DNA from: Callorhinchus milii
Taxonomy: Eukaryota
DNA: 64,000 nt
Assembly (NCBI RefSeq): GCF_018977255.1
Contig: NW_024704742.1
Span: 39,992,001-40,056,000, forward strand
Direction of reading: 5' to 3'
Shown: positions 40,985 to 54,299 of the stretch, in pieces
Position numbering within the stretch: the stretch's first letter is position 1
Layout of the letters: every line of letters begins with the position of its first letter
The notes under the pieces: generated by a model
The model's database searches: none
The model's input: only the letters and a program-made list of their open reading frames with translations
What the model was told of the DNA's origin: nothing
Position numbers and translations under genes: made by a program

Positions 40985-41590
40985 AAATGATCCAAACTTA
41001 GATATTGGGGACATATATCAAAATTTGCAGACAACATAAATAGGAAGAATGGCTTACTGTGAAGAGGGCTCTAGGACATAGACAGATTAGTGGATTAGGC
41101 AGAGTTGGCAGATGAAATTTAATGCAGAAAAATGTGAGATCATACATTTTGGGAGAAAAATAAGAAGAGTATTATGAACTAGATTGTAATATTATAAAAT
41201 GAATAGAGACCTAGGGAGTTCACATAAATAAATATTTTAAAATGGATGGGTATGTTGACAAAAGCTGTCAAAATGGTAATGGTAAACCCATATTTTATAA
41301 CGGGGATTAAAGTGCAAAAGCAAAGAGGTAATTTTAAATTTAAGTTGAAAGTACAAAAGTAAAGAGGTAATAAAGAAACAAATCGCCTGCCTCACCATCG
41401 GCGGGCAGGCCTTCAGCCACACTGACCCCACCCTCTGGAACTCCATCGCGCAGTCCCTCCGCCTCTCCCCTTCCCTTCCCTCCTTCAAAACCCATCTCAA
41501 GACCCTCCTCCAATGGAATGCTGAATCTCTACAAATCTTTAGGTTAAAATACTGTTTAATTTGGAGCTTCAGAAAGAATATCAAAGCTAT
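40985..41590 (+). mobile_element. CR1 RT fragment interrupted by a tail-less L2 piece (41385-41511)
   Basis: ISKFADN, DIDRLVD*AE.WQMKFNAEKCEIIHFGRK remnants; L2 block ACCATCGGCGGGCAGGCCTTCAGCCAC...CTCAAGACCCTCCTC. Confidence 0.8.
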
Positions 41591-42809
41591 ACAAAACACA
41601 ATCATCCCACAATAAGATTTTTGTTCCTGTGGTGGCACACCAAACGTAGCTAACACCCATTTTAATGTAATGTTTAGAAACCATAAAATTCCATTATGGC
41701 AAGATTATAGCAGGTTTAACTGCACGTGTGCACCAAAGGACTCAGGCCCTGCACACCAGGAGCTTTCTTACTAAAAAAAAGCCGTCTTTGGGGTCATTGA
41801 TCACCACCAACAACATTGGCGAACTTTTTCTTAAGCTGAATAACCAACTTCTGCATTGTTAGGTCACCACAACATAACCTTCTGCTTTGCTCATGAAAGC
41901 AATAAGTATATCAACAGCAACATAATGACCCGGATATTGGCCATTTTAGCATAAAAAGCTGGCAGTCCAGCAAGTGGAAATCAAGCGGCCTGCTACAAAA
42001 GGCTCAGTGAATGGGTTCACAGTGGACCTGCTTTATAAGTGAATTTGTTATGTAGTGAAATGGCTGCTAATGCCTAAATTATCTTCACAAACAAGGATAA
42101 TGAGGTACAGTTTGAAGCATGTCACAAAATTGGCAGCTCCTATCAGACAGAAAACCTAAAGACACATTCAATTGAAATCCGATCCTCCTCTTGAAGAGCA
42201 AACACTACACGCCAAAGTGCAAGCAAATGGTCTGCTGGCAGAGAAACAGTTCTCAGAAGACTTAAAATAGATCCTTCTGAATACCAAATTCTGGCCGATT
42301 CCAGGTGAGATATCTTGTAATTGACAAAAATCTTCAGCTTTTGGAACATAAAAATCCTGTGTAAAACAGTCCAAGAACTTGTCTGGCAAAAAACTCAAAC
42401 TGATCTGGGATAAGCATAGAAGTCCAGGATCAAGCAGTGAAGTGGATTTGTGGCAAACGAGGGAAGCGGCTGCATGGAGGAAGGACTCCATCCTATTCTA
42501 CCTGTCGCTGAGCACCCTAGAGGCAGAGTCAGCTTCACATCAGTTACGTCTATTTGTCAGGGCCCCTCACATAAGGAGCTGGATTAAGCAGCTGGTACTG
42601 GTATTGGCACTGGATTAGACCTCAAGGATATCACAATGGCTGGCACATCACAAGGTGTCCTATAAAGGTGCTCCCACCACGCTGAAGGCAGATGTTCGTC
42701 AGATAGCTGATACGGAAACTTGGGGTGACAGCGACTAGAAGGCATTACCTGGAGTCCGTGTTTGTGAACGTGCATTTGGTAACGGAATATCACAATCAAG
42801 CAACCCTCT

Positions 42810-43127
42810 ATAATAATAATAATAATCCTTGCATTTGATATAGCGCTTTTCACGTCGGGAGGACGTCCCAAAGCGCTTCACAGAACATACTGTAAAGTGA
42901 ATTGACTGTATATTTGTGGGCGAACGCGGCAGCCAATTGCGCACAGCAATGTCCCACAAACAGTCGTAGATTGTAAATGACCAATTTATTATTGGTTTTG
43001 GTTTTGGAGGGATTATTATTAGGCGTGTGGAGTAAGGAAACTTGCCCAAGGTTTCGCCCTGCCTGGAATTGAACTCCGGTCTCTCACTTGCAAAGCGAGT
43101 GCTCTAACCACTGAGCTACAGGACTCC
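42810..43127 (-). mobile_element. Young Deu-domain SINE, full length, inserted in the ancient repeat
   Basis: Intact head, core and tail; CpGs retained. Confidence 0.93.
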
Positions 43128-44029
43128 ACTCCTCTGTGGCAGTCTCAGTAGTCCAGTTCCTAAAGTAATCCAGAGCACTGCTGATGACAGCACAGCAAGG
43201 CTAGTTCATCAGCAAGACTTGGAAGAGCAGACCAGTCACTGGGAGCAGGGACTCTTCCCACTGTTAACTTTGCAAGACAAAGCTCTAATGATAGGATGTT
43301 CCTTGCTGGACAAGCAGTGGGAAAGCTTCCCAAATAATGCCCTGTAATGCAAGCTATATGATTTTAGCTGGGTAGACTCTAGCACTACTTCCAACACACA
43401 CTCCGGGGTCTGCAAGCCTTCACTCTAGTCAACCTGTACAGGACATTTAATGCTGAGAGCAAATCATAATTTTAAATAAGCAATATCAGAAAAAACCACA
43501 GAAAAACAACAAATCCAGTAAATGACCCTTTGTTTAATAATAATCCTTGCATTTGTATTTTTATATTTTATTTATTTGTATTTTTAGACGTTTTGACAAT
43601 ATGATGAAGCACTACATCAAATGCAACAACTACTTGCATTTATATAGCACCCTTTAATATGGTAGTCTTGGGGGGAAAGTAAGAATTATAATAGTTGTTG
43701 TTGTTTAGAAAATGGCAGCATAAAAGCCGCACAGAAAAAGTGCCTTGTAACATAAAGCACATCTTTCTTACCCAAACACATTATGCCAAGAATGCCTCAT
43801 AGCCAAGCTCTCAAGAATAGGAGTGACATACTTGGGGTTCCCTGTAATAGAAGCATTTTACAGTTATAGATGTCTTTTCCAGTGCAACAAATAATTTTTG
43901 TTGTGTGTGTTGCATCTCATATTTTTTTCCCCTCATTAGTTTGCAATGTACAGTACTATAGAAATCAATATGAACTACTTTCATCTAATAAGCATACATC
44001 TTCCAAGCATCTATATTTTTAAATCTTTG

Positions 44030-44582
44030 GGTTTGACATAGCGTCTTGTCATATCAGGAGGATGGTTCAATGCTCTTCACGGTATTCACATGGAGAGTGC
44101 TGTGATTGTGTATTTTGTAGGCGAGCATGGCAGCCAATAGGCACATAGCAATGTTCCACCAAAAGCCATGAAATGAATGAAATGAATGACAAATTTTATA
44201 GTATAAAAGCCCTTGCATTTAAATATGGTGCCTAATCATGTTATCAAAACGTCACAAAGCACTTCACGGGATATACTGCAAAGTTTTGTGGGCAAATGTT
44301 GTCTGCCTCATCATTGTCATCCCTTATCTAAGGGAGTTTTGGCCAGGACACCAGGAGAAACTCCCTTCTCTTTTCGAACTGTGCCACAGGATCTTTAATG
44401 TCCAGTAAAACAGGCAGATGGGACCTCAGCTTAACACCTCATCTGAAGGATGGCACCTCCAAGAATACACCACTTCCCAGCAGTGCACTGGAATCAGCCC
44501 AGGTGGTGAGTTCCAAGTCTCAACATAGGGCTTGAACTCACAATCTTCTACCTCAGAGGCTACCAATTAAGCCAGGCCGACA
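44030..44582 (-). mobile_element. Old DeuSINE copies (partial ~44030-44180; near full ~44210-44582)
   Basis: GGCCAGGACACCAGGAGAAACTCCC...GCAGATGGGACCTCAGCTTAAC...CTCATCTGAAGGATGGCACCTCC. Confidence 0.78.
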
Positions 44583-46088
44583 ACCACAAATATAGTACAC
44601 GTCTTCCTGAAACTCAAATTTTTTTTATAATTTCTATGAGGTAGTATGTTGGGTCTCCAGCTGCTTAAAAACTAACTAAACTCTAATCTTTCCATCTCCC
44701 ACTTTATGAAGGAACTTCTGTGATTCTAAAAGTGTGTACAGTTCAAAACCAACATTCAGTTAGTCCAGAAAGAGACACATTACCACAGTACTTCAAGTAT
44801 GTTACTCTAGTAGACCAGTACAAAAACTGACAGTTAAAACACTAAATCACCATGCAAGGACTGGAATGTTTAACTTGACTAGAGATATTCTAGTTAATTT
44901 ATGGCTAATCTGAGATACAGAGCTAAAGTTCAATACTGCTAAAGCAATATTAATTAACAGCTTGCTAAGGCAAAAGAAATATAATAGCTGGGTTTAATGT
45001 TTAAACATGAACACAAACTTTGTTGTTGTTTTTAATATGACTAACACTTTTGATCTTGCTCTGCTTTTCAACAATTCATTTCTTGTTTTTAATTTGTCCC
45101 CATTATTAACTAATTCAAACAATTCAAACAGTTTAATATTCATGCATACAAAATATAATATTTCTCCTAATGCAAAATAAAATATTATACGATTAATAAC
45201 TTATCACACATTATTGCTTTTACAGACCAAGAAAAGTTTCTAAATTTGCTAAATGGAGACCTGGTAGAAATGAGAAATGGTAAAAGGGGAATTAAAATTA
45301 TGAAGGAACACAAACCAGGAAAGAAAATAACACTTGCAAAATTATTGTAATGAAATTTATGGAGTCGTACAACTGGATTTAATTCAACTGTTTATTGTAT
45401 GTTTTTCAGAATACACATGTCCTCTTTTAAATCAGTACACAAGCTACTGAATAGCAGTTTAAGGAAGAGGGAAAGTGGTTTAAAAAACTGTGTAAATAAA
45501 ATAATGATAATAAATAATAATCTTTGCATTTGATATAGCACCTTATTATGTTATCGGGATGTTTCAAAGAGCTTCACATGAAATACTGTAGTGTGTTTGT
45601 TTGACCTTGTATTTTAAAACAATTTATTCTCAAAAAACAATATTAGACAAATAAAATGAAAGAAACCTTGAGCAAAAAAATACTTTTAGAAAAATTGAAC
45701 TGTAGAAGGATAGAAGAAAAATAAATTAAAGGAATGAATAGACAATTAGATACAACAAGCACAGTAACAAAAAAAAGTTTATATGAAGAACAAGGGTTTA
45801 AACTGGAAGAGAATCACTATAGTTTGAACCAATTTACCAAGAAACACTGACACAAATCATTGTGTTATGCAAATTGTTCTAGAACCACTGACACTCTATT
45901 CACAAGTTTTCGGACAATGCAAGTCTTAATATAACAATATTTTTAGAAGAACCAATTTAGAATAAGCCTTATCAAATGCAAGGATTATTATTATTATTAT
46001 TTATTACTACTGTAATTGATGGGTTGCAATGTAAAACAAAGAAGAATAAGGTGATTTCAAATTATGTACTTCAAAAAGATCAGTTATA

Positions 46089-46411
46089 AAATAAATAATA
46101 ATAATCCTTGCATTTGATATAGCGCTTTTCACGTCTTTGACGTCTCAAAGCACTTCACAGAATATGCTGTAAAGTGAATTGACCGTATATTTGTGGGCGA
46201 AACGCGGCAGCCAATTACGCACAGCAGTGTCCCACAAACAGTCCCGGATTGAAAATGACCAATTTATTATTGTTTTTTGTTTTGGAGGGATTATTATTAG
46301 GCGTGTGGAGTAAGGAAATTTGCCCAAGGTTTTGCCCTGTCTGGAATTGAACCCAGGTGTCTCGCTTGCAAGGCGAGTGCTCTAACCACTGAGCTACAGA
46401 ACTACAGGACT
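46089..46411 (-). mobile_element. Young Deu-domain SINE, full length
   Basis: Complete element; small duplication in the head (CTACAGAACTACAGGAC). Confidence 0.92.
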
Positions 46412-46667
46412 TATAAAAGTCAATGCTTTTGTAATTTATAATTATGAAAGGTGGATATTCAAAAAAAAACACTGGATTAGTAAATCCATTTTTTGAAATG
46501 GGGAAAGCATTCACTAGAATGAACCTATTGATTGCACTGCTTTGGCCATGACAAAGACAATAATTGCCAAAGAATTTCCTTCAATGATGCCACATTTAAT
46601 GCTTTGAGCCATTCATCCAAAGTAAAAGGCAAATTTCACTGTGAGGTAGAAGAAAAAAAGCGCTTAC

Positions 46668-46756
46668 CTGAGCTCCATAGATGTACTTGTCCAACATTTT
46701 GCCTCCTATTGTTTGCCCACCTATATCCCAGACTTGCAATGTGACATTTAAATTAC
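46668..46756 (-). CDS. RAB28: RAB28 coding exon 3 ([30 protein letters not shown]), 89 nt
   Basis: Acceptor acccag|GT, donor CAG|GTAAGC; Rab28-type G3 motif WDIGGQ. Confidence 0.97.
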
Positions 46757-48218
46757 CTGGGTAATAAGCAAAGACATCAGCGTATTTAGAGCCACTTAAA
46801 CAAGAACGAGCAAATACCAAATACAAATTTGCTTATCCTGAAATTATCCTACAGGTCAAGGATTTTGCAAATAGTAAAAGCTCAAATAGCATCATCCCTA
46901 TAGATGAAAGCATTAATAACCATTTCATCAATTGTTGATTTATACTAAATTATATTACTAAAACCTACAGCCAGCATATACATTATTAAAGCACCACTGT
47001 TTCATGGGTTACTTAATACAGTCTATGAGTAAAACATGTACAGTGTTGAAGCCCCACAATAACACATTCATTGGAACGGTTATAAACAATACAACTTGAA
47101 GAGGTGAATATTAATTAAATAATATACTTCTTACAATGTTAATTTTTGTGTTTAAATGTACATGTAGTCTGCAAAGTTGCAAAACAATTATGGAAGGATT
47201 AGAAAAATTAACATTTCTGTAACAAAAACTAATACTAAAAACATTATTTGACTTTGAACATATTTCAACCATACTGTATTACATTCTGCAGCCGTTTGCA
47301 TTTGGCAGCTACAGTCAGTATATCAAACAGCGTGCATTTAGCTAAACATACACTAAAGGTCTTTCTGCGAGTCTCAAGGACGGACTGTCCTCTCCACCAT
47401 TAAATACTACAGGAAACATTGAAAATTGTATATAGTAGAAATAGAAGAAATAAATGGGCAAATTTTATATTACGTAAGAGGTAGGACAGCACAGTGACCA
47501 GTTCATACCGGCCCAAATTTAAAACCACCATTGGGACTCAATATTAACCTTGTAAAATATTTTTTGGCGCATTTTGTAAACTTCTTTTAAGTGTCAAAAG
47601 CCAAGGATGGAACTAAAAACATTAGCTTGGCCATTTTTCATATAGCAAACTGAAATAACCCATTCAGTGGGACAGTCCTATTTACTGGATGGCACCCAAA
47701 TGGTTACTAAAACATATTTTACGGTAGATCCTTTAAGAAAGGAATACTCTGTATTAATCAAAACTCTGTGAGCAAAATGAGATGATGGACAACCACGCAT
47801 TTCTTTCAAGTTTACCTCTTACTGTGATTTCTCTGCAACCACCATTTGTGTCGCTTTGCAAGACACATATTTTTGGAGTTTCAAAATATATTAGAAGACT
47901 TATATTTCCTCAATGTTGATATTCAGCAAAATAATAAGAGCTTTATTTGACCTCAAATCATTTGCAGCATAGCAGTTACGTACCCAGTAATTGTATAATT
48001 AGATGCATTGGAAGACTATCACAGATTAAATCGTACACAACCTTAGGAAATCCAAATCTTAATTAACAGCTTGATTATTAACGTAAGTCTAATTCAGTGT
48101 GCCCAATGTACTGAGGTTATTTAATGTTGAAAATAAAAGTTAATAATTGCACATAGGTACATTAATCCATCGGCCATACCCACAAGTCTAGCTTCTGAAT
48201 AAAATTAAGTGATATTTT

Positions 48219-48517
48219 AATAATAATCATCCTTGCATCTGACATAGCGCTTTTCACATCTTCTCGACATCTCAAAGCGCTTCACAGAATATACTGTAAA
48301 GTGAATTGACTGTATATTTGTGGGCGAAACGTGGCAGCTAGTGTCCCACAAACAATCCTGGATTGAGTGAACAAATTATTATTGTTTTTGTTCATGAGGG
48401 ATTATTATCAGCCGTGTGATAATAAGGAAACTTGCCCAAGGTTTCGCCGTGCCAGGAATCAAACCCAAGTCTCCCGCTTGCGAGGTGAGTGCTTTAACCA
48501 TTGAGCTCCAGAACTCC
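48219..48517 (-). mobile_element. Deu-domain SINE, full length
   Basis: Head, core with a small deletion, and tail. Confidence 0.9.
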
Positions 48518-51329
48518 AAATTTTAAATGTAACTAACATTTTCATTCTTTTAATACTACATAATTTACATAGTGCCTTTTACATCACAAGGATATCCAAA
48601 AGCACTTGACAATTGGGCACCAGAACTCAGAGTGGGAGCTCTATCGATCTGGGAATCCTTCCCAACATACAATACATTTAATCTCCATCAGCTTGAGTAC
48701 CTTTCCTATCACATACAAATCTTAACTGAACTTTTACTTTGATTCTTATAAATCACTTACTATTCCACTTCCTCTAGTCTGGATCTGTTAGCAACTGCCT
48801 GTGAGAGTATGTTACCGCTCAGTTTGAGATATGGATTTTTGACAGTCACGGATGGTTAGAATGATGACTGAAGTCACCTCTCCAAGATAGTGACCACAAA
48901 GCTTGTCCGGCTCCACTGGCTCTCATTCCCCAGAGCAGAGATTCACAATTTTTTTTTCAGCACCCTCCCCTCTCTTTGGAGATTCATGTCACATGTGTGC
49001 CCACCACCCCACCCCCCTTTCTAAGAAATAGTGTTTTTGCATAGAACAAGAGGATATTATTTTCTCAGCCAATGCAACATATTGCTACAGAGAGAAAACA
49101 AACTCGCATAGTACCACTACTCTACTACAAAATAAACTTAGTGCATTTCACATCCCTCTTCCTGACAGGCCCACATTTTTTACAACACATATATTTACCA
49201 TAAATAGCAGCTAATATGTAATAATAAAAAAAAAATTATTATAATCTTTGCACTTGATATAGTGCCTTATCAAATCTTTGAGAAGTCTGAAAACGCTTCA
49301 CAGAATATACTGTAAAGTGAATTGACTGTGGGCAAAAAAATATATACTTTACATTATATTTATATACCTCCTGCTTTGACTTTCTTTCCATCGCTCTCCA
49401 CATGGAGAGGTACTAACATAAATACTTAAGACAGTAAAAGAAGAAAGGATCCCTAAATAGGTCCTACTTAAGGGTTCTTTCTTCTTTTACTGTATAAGTG
49501 TTACTAAATAGGGGGACGTGGGGAAAGGAAATTTCAAACATTAAGTTACCTTTCATCACAAAAAAGCCGCCTGAGCACTGCCAGGTTCTCTCGGGTTACA
49601 GTATTATTATTATTCTCTCCCAGCCTTATGTCACATACTGTACCCCCACCTGCAGCCGACAAGGGATAACCTTGTTGCACCCCCTCAGGGAGGAACGCTC
49701 CAGTTTGAAAATCAATGCCCTAGAGAACTGAATTTAAGATCTTCCTCCTCACTTTCAAACCCCTCCCATGGTTTTGCCCCACTCTGCCATTACTTTGATT
49801 CCATTCCAATCTCCTGGGGAACCTCAAGAAGTACAAGACATTCTTCTGTAAGTGGCTAATTTTTATTTTTGAGCCTGGTCAGCAAGTATCAGCAGACTAT
49901 TTCTATATTGCATATTAAGGCTTGTTCACATTGGCCACAAAACCAGACACTTGCAAGTTCATTTCCTTTCTTCTGCCTGTCCACTTTGATTATTGAATCT
50001 GATATGCCAATGGATGCAAGCCTCAAGAAGCAGTTCCTGCTGAAGCCTGAAACAGCAGAACTGATGTATCCCAAACTAATTGTTTTTATCGACCAAAGTA
50101 AAAATGCAAGATCATTTACGAACCTTAAATTAAAAATCAAAAGTGCAACCGATTAAAAGTTCTACTGTACAAATTTCACATTTACACACTACTGAAGTAA
50201 TTCCCCAATGTGGTTTCCTTCATTTTCCAGACAAAATAGTAACCTCACGCCATTGCCAATGAAAAAGGAAGATCCTCGATACATCCCTGTGAAATACGTT
50301 TATTTCTAGAAATGAGGTAGTCAGCCTCACAAGTAGAAATAAATATATTTCACAGGGGAAGATATAAAAACTGCTGAACACACTTACTGTATGTTTTCAC
50401 GTTTAAAAAACAAATATTATACACATATTTTGCTCTGTTCTGAAAGCGGGAAAAGCAGAAAAAATCATCTGGAATTTCCAAGTGACATCACCTAACCAAA
50501 CACTGCAGCTGTGGAAAATAAAGAAGAGATTTCCAGAGCTTTCAGCCCACGTGAGCAGAATAAGCACCACTCTGCAATTGTGGAAAGGAAAAATCACTTT
50601 GTACTCTGTAAAAATTGGCACTGTATGTGAAGAGATTAAAAACAATGAAGCCACAAAAGGTATCAATTGCTTAGCGAGGTCTCAATGGTAACAGTTACCC
50701 TGAATGACCAAGGCAACCCAATGCCATCTCTGGGATAAGAAAGAAATGCTCGGAACACTTACCAAAATAAGACATATTTCTCCCAACTGTTCACAGCAAT
50801 ATTTTGCGTGGTTACGGCACTTCAGAATTGTGCTGAAAAGGGTTAATGGCACTCTTTAATAACAGCAAAGTCCCACTGCAGGGTAAGCTAGTGACATATA
50901 TGACTTGTGTCCAAACAGGTCCCCATGGGTCACAACAAAAAGTTTTCTTATGACCCATTTGCAAGGTCCAGGATCAAACGGTGAGCTAGGTTTCGGATAA
51001 ACATGAGGGGACATGTACAAGGAGACATCTAACCTACACTATCTTGTCGCTCAGCATCCTGGATACAGAGGTGGCTTCATGGCTTTATATAGTATCAGCC
51101 TGGCTCAGTTAGTGCAGTCTCATTTTTTAATAATAATCCTTATATTTGATATAGCGCTAATTACGTTGTTGAGACATCTCCAAGTGCTTCACAGGATATA
51201 TTGTAAAGTGAATTGACTCTATGTTCTGTGGGCAAAATGCGGTAGCTAATTGCTCACAGCAATTTTAATATGTTATCCAAAAAGGTAATGACCCATTTGC
51301 AAGGTGTTCAGGCCACACATCAGGAATTT

Positions 51330-51610
51330 GACCTCAGTCTCAGCTGGCACTCCAATGTAGTGCTGGGGGTGTGCTACATTTTTGGAGGTTTCTAGGATGA
51401 GACATTAAACCAAGGTCCCATCTGCCTGCTCAGTGTTGTGGACATTAAAGATGCCTTAGCACTGCTCGAAAAGAGAAGGGAGTTTCTCCCAGAGGCCTGG
51501 AGAACAATCCCCCCAGATAAAATTGGTCATTCACTCCATGGCTGTTTGCAGGATATTACTGTGCCAGATGAACTGCAGCATTTGCCTACAAATACACAGT
51601 CAATGCATTA
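51330..51610 (+). mobile_element. Old DeuSINE, followed by an L2-like remnant to ~51850
   Basis: GGATGAGACATTAAACCAAGGTCCCATCTGCCTGCTCAG...TTAAAGATGCCTTAGCACTG...GGGAGTTTCTCCC. Confidence 0.75.
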
Positions 51611-53500
51611 AATCTGCCATTAGTAGGCAAACCTTCAGCTATTCTGCTCCAACTCACTAGAACTCCAACTCAGACTTCACCTTGCCCTCTCTGCCTTCAA
51701 CATATAGCTCATCTAGACCTCATAATCCATACTTGGCCAACTTCCCCCTAACCTCCAGCAATCGCCTTCTCCTGCTTGGTAATTCAAATCAGTTGTGTTA
51801 AGCGCTTTCAGACATCTTTCCAACATGAAAGATGCTATATAAATGTAAACTGTCTTGAATCAGGTCTGCCAGCATTTTGAAGTCAGATGTCTGCTAAATA
51901 GGTGATGAGGAAACTGAAGCTTTGGATGACAGCTGCTGAATAGCATCACAGGTTCATGAACACATACTCATGACTTGGTGGTAACCTTGATTTGTATGTA
52001 GAATGGTAAACAGTTATTCTGTACCTTCAATTGGTGAAATCATCTCTCAATTAATTAGGAAACGGGCTGTCAGGGTGTGGGTAGGAGATTGGTGGCAATG
52101 CTCTCATATATTTTGCTGCTCACCATACTACTTGCAAGGAGTTCCTGGTACCTGATTGTCCACCTAGCAAGGCTTCAAACCTGTGCTTGTCATATATCTA
52201 ATCACCAACAAGGCACTCAATCTGCTTCAAGCATTGGAAGATTACAATACAGTTAGTCCTCTGTATCAGTTTCAGTAATCTGATACCTGTGCCAGGCAAA
52301 CCAACCAGCTTGGCTACTTGGTAGGACTTGGAGATGCAGACTAGTCACTGGAGCCTGAGATTCTTCCCAATTAGTTACCGATACCCTGCAAATCTGAAAG
52401 GTACTGGAAAATACTTCTCAGTCCTTTGCAATGGTAAGCCTTGCAGTTTTAACTAATTCAATTAGAGCAGTATCCCTTTGTTCACATCTTGACAGCAAGT
52501 GTTAGCAGGCCACTCAACCGTGGAGGGTATCACAGGTGAGCCTCACTTCTCCCTGCCACACACACAGCAGCCTCTCACCAGTAGAGGGTACTGAAGAGGG
52601 ACAAGAATCAAGAACGCTGTCCTGTTTTATCCTTCCGACCATAGACCAGAACCAATTTCGCCTCACCAGGCTGCCCCAGCTGAGCCCAGGAAACCACGGT
52701 TTTAGTAGGTTAACTCCAGCAGTATCCCAATACACAATCTGGTCCCCAAGCCCAGACTACTGTCAACCTCTACACAAGTTCTTTTCAAAGGCCAGCACAG
52801 ACACGATGGGTTGAATGGCCTCCTTCTGTGCTGTATAATTCTATGATTCTCCAGGAATAGTTAATCAGGTGTGTGTCTCTGGAGAAGCACTCCTTTCCAG
52901 ACAAAAGGAAACTATACCTATTGGGACTCTACTTGGTTTGGACAGTTTGCAGCATGGTAATGAGTTTCCACCAAGTACCTAGCTGACCAACAAAAAATAT
53001 TCACAGCACTACACCTAGTATCATTACTAGCAATAATTCTAAATATCAGTAATAGATTATTGCGTTCAATTCATGCAGATAAAGACATCAAGCTAAGAAA
53101 ATCATTGAACAAAAACTCAAAAGATTAATGTTAAGCTTATACTTGCCTGGTTCAAAAAATATAGTACATTAGAAATTAATTGCTACCATATCTATTTCAA
53201 CAGCAAGATTAATAAAGGTCTCATTTTTAGACCCAAGGAGCAACAATTTTGTTCCAGGGGCTAATAATCACCCACAAAATATACAGTCAATTCACCTTGA
53301 ATATAATACATTATGTGAAGCCCTTCAAGATGTCTCAACAACGTACTATATCAAATGTAAGGATTATTATTATTTTTATTGCTCAACCCCCGATTACTGT
53401 GTTTTCAACTACAAGAGGAATCTTCAACTGGGAACGTGAGACATGCGATCCTTCTCTCTATCTCTCTCTACCCCTCCATACTCTCTTCCACCTCTCTCTT

Positions 53501-53872
53501 GTGGAGTTCTGTAGCGTAGTGGTTAGAGCACTCGCCTCACAAGCGGAAAGACCCAGGTTCAATTCTTGGGCGATGCAAAACTTTAGGCACCTTTCCTTAC
53601 TCCACATGCCTCCATTTACCTCGTAGTAAGTAGGAACCCGGTTGTTAGTTGATTATCGGATCACTTTCCAGGGTTAATAAAATTAAAAATAATAAATTGG
53701 TCACTCAATTCATGAATGTTTGTGAGACACTTCTGTGCGCAATTGGCTGCCGCATTTCACCCACAAAATACAGTTAATCCACTTTAGAATATACTCTGTG
53801 AAGTCCTTTAAGACGTCTCAACAATGTGATAAGGCGCTATATCTAATGCAAAGATTATTATCATTATTATTA
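53501..53872 (+). mobile_element. Deu-domain SINE, long variant (partial sister copy at ~53250-53375)
   Basis: Head GGAGTTCTGTAGCGTAGTGGTTAGAGC, internal block, tail; ends ~95 bp from the exon 2 donor. Confidence 0.9.
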
Positions 53873-53965
53873 TTCATACAAGTAAATCTTTTGACATAAT
53901 ACTTGTGTAACTTATTAAATGTACATGTTCATCAGTATGCAGAGCTACCTTACTGAATCTCTTAC

Positions 53966-54062
53966 CTGGTAGTGTTAACCTTTTCAAAAAGAAATCCAAT
54001 CCAATTGTTTGTTTGTATTGTTTGCCAAAAGCTTCTTGTGCAAAACGCGTTGCCAAAGATGT
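53966..54062 (-). CDS. RAB28: RAB28 coding exon 2 ([33 protein letters not shown]), 97 nt
   Basis: Acceptor ttgcag|ACA, donor CAG|GTAAGA; switch I QTIGLDF; frame continuous with exon 1. Confidence 0.97.
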
Positions 54063-54299
54063 CTGCAACGGAAATCATATACAAGATCAGTCAACCAGAT
54101 ATTCTTAAGGATTCACTAATCAGTCATTGAATGGATCAATCAGTTTTTTAAAAATGAGTTATTGATTTGATTCAAAACAGAATATGCTATTTCCTGATGT
54201 CTCTCTTTTGCATAGTTTGTATTTTTAAATGGACCAATTTGATTCCTCAATCTATATCCCTAACAATTCATCTCTCTCTTTCACTCTGTAATCAATCCA

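Noticed and set aside
46757..46826. N-terminal extension of exon 3 suggested by ORF 46596-46826
   Set aside because: Intronic read-through; the acceptor at 46757-46758 gives the correct phase and conserved protein
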